DNA of 12,351 nt, from assembly GCA_027483145.1 (NCBI GenBank), contig JAIXVG010000306.1:1-12351 (forward strand). Direction: 5' to 3'. The notes under the pieces were generated by a model. That model was not told the DNA's origin and ran no database searches. It saw nothing but the letters and a program-made list of their open reading frames with translations. The position numbers were made by a program, and so were the translations under genes. This document shows positions 7,492 through 12,351 of the stretch, piece by piece. The DNA is from Planctomyces sp. (lineage in GTDB: Bacteria > Planctomycetota > Planctomycetia > Planctomycetales > Planctomycetaceae). Numbering within the stretch: the first letter of the stretch is position 1; every line of letters starts with the position of its first letter.

Positions 7492-7860
7492 CTAGGGTCT
7501 GTTACTTCTTGGTGAACGTCGCAATGACCGGATGAGTCCGGTGAGGACTTTCGCGGCTTCGATAGTGATGCCGTTCAGTTCTGACGTGTCTGAGATGTAC
7601 CCGAGACGATGTGCTAATGAAATCTGATATTCGACCTCACGAAGCGAACCATATGCGATGTCGAGGAATCTGAGATAGTCAGCCTGTGTATGACGGGCAC
7701 ATCCCTCAACAATATTCGAGGGGACGGAAATTGCGGCTCGCCGCATCTGCGATACGAGGCCAAATATCTCATCCCGTGGAAAGTGTGCGGTTTGTCGATA
7801 GACCAGCAGCGCAAGCTGATCGGCCAATTCAAACGCCCGTAACTTCGTATGGTCACGCAT
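7492..7860 (-). CDS. Four-helix-bundle protein, TIGR02436 / 23S rRNA intervening-sequence protein family (Avd-like fold)
   Basis: The 122-aa sequence MRDHTKLRAFELADQLALLVYRQTAHFPRDEIFGLVSQMRRAAISVPSNIVEGCARHTQADYLRFLDIAYGSLREVEYQISLAHRLGYI matches the family blocks (FP..E.FGL.SQ.RRAA.S.P.NI.EG..R....EF.RFL.IA.GSL.E...QL.IA..LGYI). Confidence 0.85.
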   Translation of the reverse strand: MRDHTKLRAFELADQLALLVYRQTAHFPRDEIFGLVSQMRRAAISVPSNIVEGCARHTQADYLRFLDIAYGSLREVEYQISLAHRLGYISDTSELNGITIEAAKVLTGLIRSLRRSPRSNRP

Positions 7861-7883
7861 TCAGCCATCCCTCTATTTCTTCA

Positions 7884-7904
7884 CTCCAGCCTCAAGTCTA
7901 CAGC
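7884..7904. repeat. Three degenerate heptads CTCCAGC-CTCAAGT-CTACAGC on the other side of the four-helix-bundle gene
   Basis: The 13-mer CTCCAGCCTCAAG at 7884..7896 is identical to 7436..7448 inside the heptad array. The two copies bracket the four-helix-bundle gene as direct repeats about 448 bp apart. Confidence 0.55.
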
Positions 7905-7916
7905 CGGGAGCCTTGG

Positions 7917-9017
7917 ATGTTAAAGCGTTACAAGATTCGTACCTACGAGATGGGTCTCGTGTTCCGAGAGGGTGAGTTCCGTGGTTTACTGCGCACTGGC
8001 ACCCATTGGTACTTCGACCCGCTGAACAAGCTAAAGGTTGATGTCGTTTCGCAGCGCGAGCCATGGCTGGTCCACGAAAAGCTCGACTTGATTGTTAAGT
8101 CGGGATCGCTTGCCGAGAACGCTGTGGTCCTCGACCTGAAGGATCATGAGCGGGCATTGGTCTGGATCGAGAACCGGTTCAGCCAAGTTCTACCAGCAGG
8201 TCAGTTCGCCTACTGGACGGGTCAGAAGCAAGTTCGTGTCGAAGTCGTTGATATTCGGCAGGTCCGCTTCGAGCACGACCAGTTCAAGCTTATTGTTCGT
8301 TCGCCATCGTCGGCACGATTGCTTGATGTCTGCACGGTCCAGCGTGACCGCGTGGGGGTCTTGTTCATCGACGGCCGGTATGTCGACACCCTCCAGCCAG
8401 GCGAGTACGCCTTCTGGAAGGGTCCGGCTGAGGCGAAGGTGGTTGAAGTCGACCTGCGGGAGACGATGATCGATGTTGGCGGTCAGGAGATCATGACTGC
8501 TGATAAGGTGACGCTGCGGCTTAATGCCGTCGTGACCTACAAGATCATCGATGCACGCAAGGCGGTCAGCCAGACAGACGACGTGCGACAGGCCCTCTAC
8601 CGCGATACGCAGCTTGTGCTGCGAGGCGTGGTCGGTGCGCGAGAACTCGATGCTTTCTTGACCGAAAAGGATGTCATCGCGAAGGAAATCGAGGAGAACG
8701 TCCGCCGTCGGGCTGGTGAACTGGGTCTGGAAATTGCGTCAGTCGGTATCAAGGATGTGATCCTACCAGGCGAGATGAAGGACCTGATGAACAAGGTGAC
8801 GGAAGCCCGAAAGGCAGCCGAGGCCAACCTGATCTTCCGCCGTGAGGAAACTGCGGCCATCCGTAGTCAAGCCAATACGGCAAAGCTACTGGCCGACAGC
8901 CCAACCTTAATGCGGCTGCGAGAACTCGAGGTCCTGGAAAAAATCGCCTCGAACGGCAAGCTGAGTATTGTCCTTGGCGACAAAGGCTTGGCCGACAAGG
9001 TGGTCAACTTGTTGTGA
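7917..9017 (+). CDS. SPFH/band-7 (stomatin/prohibitin/HflKC-like) domain protein without a membrane anchor; the N-terminal beta-hairpin motif is triplicated
   Basis: The C-terminal half matches SPFH blocks (GGQEIMTADKVTLRLNAVVTYKIIDARKAV, LRGVVGARELDAFLTEKD, LGLEIASVGIKDVILPGEM, then a coiled-coil A/E/K-rich tail). I place the start at the ATG at 7917 (MLKRYKIRTYEMGLVF), which has GGGAG 9 nt upstream. The longer ORF from 7686 would overlap the divergent four-helix-bundle gene. There is no hydrophobic TM segment. Confidence 0.85.
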   Translation: MLKRYKIRTYEMGLVFREGEFRGLLRTGTHWYFDPLNKLKVDVVSQREPWLVHEKLDLIVKSGSLAENAVVLDLKDHERALVWIENRFSQVLPAGQFAYWTGQKQVRVEVVDIRQVRFEHDQFKLIVRSPSSARLLDVCTVQRDRVGVLFIDGRYVDTLQPGEYAFWKGPAEAKVVEVDLRETMIDVGGQEIMTADKVTLRLNAVVTYKIIDARKAVSQTDDVRQALYRDTQLVLRGVVGARELDAFLTEKDVIAKEIEENVRRRAGELGLEIASVGIKDVILPGEMKDLMNKVTEARKAAEANLIFRREETAAIRSQANTAKLLADSPTLMRLRELEVLEKIASNGKLSIVLGDKGLADKVVNLL

Positions 9018-9043
9018 CCTCTAACGAGTTGACGTCACTTAAC

Positions 9044-9086
9044 GACACCCCTGACTCGAGCAATCGGGCCAGGGGTGTTTCTTTTG
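9044..9086 (+). terminator. Intrinsic terminator of the SPFH gene (stem ACACCCCTG/CAGGGGTGT, 16-nt loop, then TTTCTTTTG)
   Basis: A 9 to 10-bp GC-rich inverted repeat starts 27 nt after the stop codon at 9017. It is immediately followed by a T-rich tract. Confidence 0.6.
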
Positions 9087-9242
9087 ACTTCCTGTGGTTG
9101 GAACGACTGGTTGAGGATCGGCGATGCATTCAACCTGACGAGATGACTTGAGCTTTGTCGATCGCCGGGGTGAGGCCCACGCGGTAGCAAGCGATGGAAG
9201 CCGTTCCATGGTTTATAGTAGACCGCGCTTTCGCGAGTGGCT

Positions 9243-9307
9243 CAGGTTGGCCGATAGCCTACCTGGAGCCAAAGGCCAAGAGGCTGAGTGATAACAAGCC
9301 GCAAGAT
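9243..9307 (+). repeat. About 65-nt intergenic element, copy B
   Basis: Aligns with 6696..6760 (see copy A). It is followed by about 150 nt of densely stacked hairpins. Confidence 0.5.
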
Positions 9308-9412
9308 TCACCCGCCGGGCTACTGCAGCCCGCCACCCCTCTATCCGGCGACTGCCACGAATTCCCGCAATAAGCATGCGTCTCCAACCAAACGCATGTC
9401 TCAAAACTCAAG

Positions 9413-9456
9413 TAGACCCGACCACGCAAGTGGCCGGGTCTACTCAATTTCATTTG
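9413..9456 (+). terminator. Terminator-like hairpin (13-bp stem with one mismatch, GCAA tetraloop) followed by CTCAATTTCATTTG
   Basis: TAGACCCGACCAC-GCAA-GTGGCCGGGTCTA with a moderately U-rich tail. It may terminate a non-coding transcript covering repeat B. A second hairpin at 9461..9479 (GCTGGCT-TTTGC-AGCCAGC) faces the convergent lipoprotein gene. Confidence 0.4.
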
Positions 9457-9606
9457 GGCGTTCCACACAAGCTGGCTTTTGCAGCCAGCAGGGACGGACT
9501 CGTATGTTCTAAGTTTGCACCAAGCCTGCCACCGCGATCATTCTGAAAACCGCTCCCAGAAAAACTTCGCATACCGGCCGAGAAGTCAGCTCGCTAACTA
9601 CATTCG

Positions 9607-10104
9607 TTACTTGTCCAACGTCAGCGAAACGTTATTGCTTCCCTCTTCCACTTTAAACTGCAATTCGCTTGTCGTTACTGAAGAATACTTGGCGGGGAAC
9701 AGTCGGTCATCGTTCCCCTTTTTCTTCTTTGGGTCCATCATCCCCTTCATCTTCGCCGCCATCTCTGTCGGATCGCTTGGCGCTTCAGCGGCAGCGGTCG
9801 GGGCAGCAACAGGTGGGGAAATTTGAATCCGATACTGACCGACTGGCAGGCCTTTCCCTTTGGCATACATCAGGTCGAACTGGCCCCCCTCATCAACCAC
9901 TCCAGTAGCGGTATAGCCTTTAGCCTCTTCAACAAACATCACTTGGCAACCAGCTGCCAGTGGGCTATCCCCCAGCATAATTTGACCAGTGACTTCCCCT
10001 CGTTTTCCAGAATAACCGTCACCAACCGATCCGCCACATCCCGAAACCATCCCCACGAGCACAGGCACAAAACAAAATCGAATGAGCAAACTCTGCGTAG
10101 ACAT
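9607..10104 (-). CDS. Small lipoprotein with carboxypeptidase-regulatory-like beta-sandwich; the usual downstream partner of DUF1559 genes
   Basis: Internal start at 10104 gives MSTQSLLIRFCFVPVLVGMVSGCGG, a lipoprotein signal with lipobox VSGC. The motif GEVTGQIMLGDSPLAAGCQVMFVEE...TGVVDEGGQFDL...LPVGQYRIQISPP fits the CarbopepD_reg-like pattern. The tail is Lys/Pro-rich. The longest ORF (from 10224) adds 40 residues that do not resemble a signal peptide. Confidence 0.7.
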   Translation of the reverse strand: MSTQSLLIRFCFVPVLVGMVSGCGGSVGDGYSGKRGEVTGQIMLGDSPLAAGCQVMFVEEAKGYTATGVVDEGGQFDLMYAKGKGLPVGQYRIQISPPVAAPTAAAEAPSDPTEMAAKMKGMMDPKKKKGNDDRLFPAKYSSVTTSELQFKVEEGSNNVSLTLDK

Positions 10105-10208
10105 GCCGCTACTTTCCATTAAGTGTTCATCGAGATCAGGCCAATCAGCACAAATACTGACGACAACATTTGTACGGCTTGCAATAAAAACAAACGACGC
10201 ATGAACGA

Positions 10209-10245
10209 AGACAGGGGAGGTCACTCATCGTGGCCTCCCCTGTCT
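10209..10245 (-). promoter_or_regulatory. Strong hairpin (12-bp stem AGACAGGGGAGG/CCTCCCCTGTCT, 13-nt loop) between DUF1559 and the lipoprotein gene, with a T-rich tract 14 nt downstream on the minus strand
   Basis: Perfect inverted repeat. On the transcribed (-) strand it is followed by TCGTTCATGCGTCGTTTGTTTTTATTGC. It could be an attenuator or partial terminator, or a 5'-UTR structure of the lipoprotein mRNA. Confidence 0.35.
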
Positions 10246-10474
10246 CTTCAATTCAGCAACTCGCAACACCAATCCCGCCCAACCACGTCTTGAAGTCGTC
10301 TTAAACTGACTTCAAAGCACACTGGTTACCGGTAACGCAGTCGGGCAGCACTCAGGTCGTTCGAACTTCAATCACCTTGTCATCCATCAACATGCCGGCT
10401 CAGAGGAATTGTAGCCTGCGACAACAGATGGCATCGCAGACGACTTCACCCAAGAACCAACCTGCGAGATAACT

Positions 10475-11449
10475 CTAGAACTCACCAACGACCTGACCGT
10501 CGTTGCGGACCGACAGATAGGTCAGCGTATTCATGTCGACGTTTTCGCTCAAGAAGCGAACGGTCCCATCAGTCAGCAGAACCTGGCAGCCACCGGTGTG
10601 GTAGGATGAAAGTGGGGTGTTGGACTGGCCAACATCATTCCAAGCGGCCCATTCAGTCCCATCAGCACCGAAGACTTTCGAGTTCGGAGCGTATCGAATA
10701 GTCGTGTTTGTGTTGTGTGGTCCAATTCGCCATCCCGTGAGCGGTCCAATTGACCATCCCCATTGTCTTGCTGGCCGACGATCTTCAAGTGTCGTGCCAG
10801 CCGCATTCCCCAGCCTGCCGCTGATTTCACCAATGATAATCGTGTTCGATGTCCCATCGGTGCAATCCTTGATATTCAGATGTCCAAAGTTAGGAAGCAT
10901 CCCACGATTCGAAGCCTGCCCCCATACCCCCGACGCATCCTGGAAACCGTCAGTGCTGGTAAAGTTCCCGCGTGGAACCGCCCCTGCAATCCCAAAATAC
11001 TGTGCGGTGATCATCGAGCTGCCAGAAATTTGAGGCAGTGCAGATGAAGGGCACTGGATCCAAGGCAAGCGGGCTGACTGCGCACGAGCGATGTTGGCAT
11101 CCCAGCCGGTGCTATCACTGATAAAGTCCCATTGGTTGTAAAGCGGAGCTTGGTCAGCGTAAGGAAGCAGACCAACCCACTGCGAGATTCCCCATCGCTC
11201 GTTAGCAGGCAGGGGACGAGCTGGTGAGGTCTCTGCACCACCGCTAGGAAACTTCAGAAACGTGTCGTGATAGTTGTGAAGAGCCAACCCAATCTGCTTC
11301 AGGTTGTTTTTGCACTGAGTGCGACGAGCTGCTTCTCGGGCTTGTTGCACAGCCGGAAGCAACAAAGCAATCAGGACCGCGATAATCGCGATCACTACCA
11401 GAAGTTCAATGAGCGTAAAGCCGCCCCGGACCGAACGTGGTCGTGACAT
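10475..11449 (-). CDS. DUF1559 protein with prepilin-type N-terminal cleavage/methylation domain (H-X9-DG family)
   Basis: MSRPRSVRGGFTLIELLVVIAIIAVLIALLLPAVQQAREAARRTQCKNNLKQIGLALHNYHD is the class-III signal (G|FTLIELLVV) and the DUF1559 N-terminal block. The C-terminus LLTDGTVRFLSENVD matches the family's DG(S/T)VRF motif. Confidence 0.9.
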   Translation of the reverse strand: MSRPRSVRGGFTLIELLVVIAIIAVLIALLLPAVQQAREAARRTQCKNNLKQIGLALHNYHDTFLKFPSGGAETSPARPLPANERWGISQWVGLLPYADQAPLYNQWDFISDSTGWDANIARAQSARLPWIQCPSSALPQISGSSMITAQYFGIAGAVPRGNFTSTDGFQDASGVWGQASNRGMLPNFGHLNIKDCTDGTSNTIIIGEISGRLGNAAGTTLEDRRPARQWGWSIGPLTGWRIGPHNTNTTIRYAPNSKVFGADGTEWAAWNDVGQSNTPLSSYHTGGCQVLLTDGTVRFLSENVDMNTLTYLSVRNDGQVVGEF

Positions 11450-11506
11450 GAAGAATTCCTGTAACTAGATGAAGAATGAAGCGAAATGCTGTGGCATCGA
11501 AGACAA

Positions 11507-11518
11507 TCGATGCATCGA
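11507..11518. promoter_or_regulatory. Perfect 12-bp palindrome TCGATGCATCGA upstream of the DUF1559 gene
   Basis: Self-complementary 12-mer 58 to 69 nt upstream of the DUF1559 start codon at 11449 (-). It may be an operator site. Confidence 0.3.
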
Positions 11519-11796
11519 ATACAACAAATGTTGCCAATCCTTGCGGCGTTCGTCAACGTAGAAACCCGCTGGAAGCGCAATTTCCTTCGAGAATCTTTCA
11601 TAAATGCCGGCTATCTCACAATACGCCAGCTCTTGCCGTGGAGGAAAAGTGGTAAACCATTTTGTGGTAAGTACTTATAGAAGTGAACCGAGCTGCGAAA
11701 TTGCCCGGCGACGGCCTATTTGAACCTAAAAAGGTGTCAGGAACCCGGCCTACTGAAGGTCAACCTCACCAACGCTCAGTTCTCGCGTAGGTAGTT

Positions 11797-12351
11797 CTAC
11801 CTTAACGCTTCCAATGCCGAGACTCGCATCGCCAATAGCGACGGCAGTAGCCCACCAAACAGTCCCATGAGTAGCGATGTCAGCATGGCGATCCCCAGCG
11901 TCCCCACCGTGACTGCCAATTCGAGGACCACCGTCTTCCCGCCACCCGGGCCGCTGCTTAATACGCTGTTAGCCGTCCAACCATCTGCCAGCATCCCAAT
12001 CGCACAGCCCAGCAGTCCACCAAACAGCGCAAGGAGGAGTGACTCAAGCAGAAACGAGATCATGATCTCCAGTCGACCGTAGCCCAAGAGCCGCAAAACG
12101 CCGATATCCTTCGATCGCTGACTGATCGCTGCGAACATCGTGTTGGTAATTCCGAAGCAACCCCCAATCGACATAATGAACGAAATGATAATGATCGCGA
12201 TCGTGAATTGTTGATTCGTTTGCGACAGAGCCGAGTAGTATTCGGTCTCGACATTCGCTGATATGGCTGACTTCTTATACTGCTCTGCCAGGAACGTTTT
12301 GAGGGCCTTCGCTTCGTCTTTCCCCGCAGTCCGCAGCACCAGCGAAGAATA
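11797..12351 (-). CDS. ABC transporter permease, FtsX-like (MacB/LolC-type), C-terminal part; N-terminus lies beyond the right edge
   Basis: The reading frame is open from the window edge: YSSLVLRTAGKDEAKALKTFLAEQYKK...IAIIIISFIMSIGGCFGITNTMFAAISQRSKDIGVLRLLGYGRLEIMISFLLESLLLALFGGLLGCAIGML...LLMGLFGGLLPSLLAMRVSALEALR. This is the typical FtsX C-terminal four-helix permease domain. Confidence 0.8.
   Translation of the reverse strand, partial: YSSLVLRTAGKDEAKALKTFLAEQYKKSAISANVETEYYSALSQTNQQFTIAIIIISFIMSIGGCFGITNTMFAAISQRSKDIGVLRLLGYGRLEIMISFLLESLLLALFGGLLGCAIGMLADGWTANSVLSSGPGGGKTVVLELAVTVGTLGIAMLTSLLMGLFGGLLPSLLAMRVSALEALR

Noticed and set aside
7422-7860. Diversity-generating retroelement (the four-helix-bundle protein is Avd-like)
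   Set aside because: No reverse transcriptase and no template/variable repeat pair in the window. The adjacent repeats are 7-nt microsatellites, not roughly 100-bp TR/VR copies.
7686-7916. N-terminal extension of the SPFH ORF (MYDGHIPQQ...)
   Set aside because: It would overlap the divergent four-helix-bundle gene by about 175 nt. The ATG at 7917 is preceded by GGGAG, and SPFH homology starts there.
9607-10224. Full 205-aa version of the lipoprotein ORF
   Set aside because: The first 40 residues (MTSPVFVHASFVFIASRTNVVVSICADWPDLDEHLMESSG) precede a perfect lipoprotein signal starting at the internal Met (10104), so the shorter start is more plausible.

Overview
The window (about 55% GC) looks like chromosomal DNA from a Planctomycetota genome, probably Pirellulales-like. 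Three family signatures point there: a Tat-signal DUF1501 protein, a DUF1549/DUF1553 protein with a CxxCH motif, and a DUF1559 protein with a prepilin-type N-terminus followed by a small lipoprotein. Gene order: DUF1501 (-, partial), DUF1549/DUF1553 (-), a divergent double zinc-ribbon polytopic membrane protein (+), a CPA2 cation:proton antiporter (+), about 1.2 kb of structured non-coding DNA, a four-helix-bundle protein (-), an SPFH/band-7 protein (+), another structured non-coding stretch, the lipoprotein (-), DUF1559 (-), and a partial FtsX-like ABC permease (-). The non-coding stretch after the antiporter holds short exact repeats, a tRNA-like cloverleaf whose acceptor strands do not pair, and a 70-bp heptanucleotide microsatellite next to the four-helix-bundle gene. 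The most unusual material is this non-coding block from 6325 to 7491 together with the repeat-flanked four-helix-bundle gene. I found no integrase, reverse transcriptase, CRISPR array or toxin-antitoxin pair. I could not run any searches, so all homology calls rest on recognised motifs.
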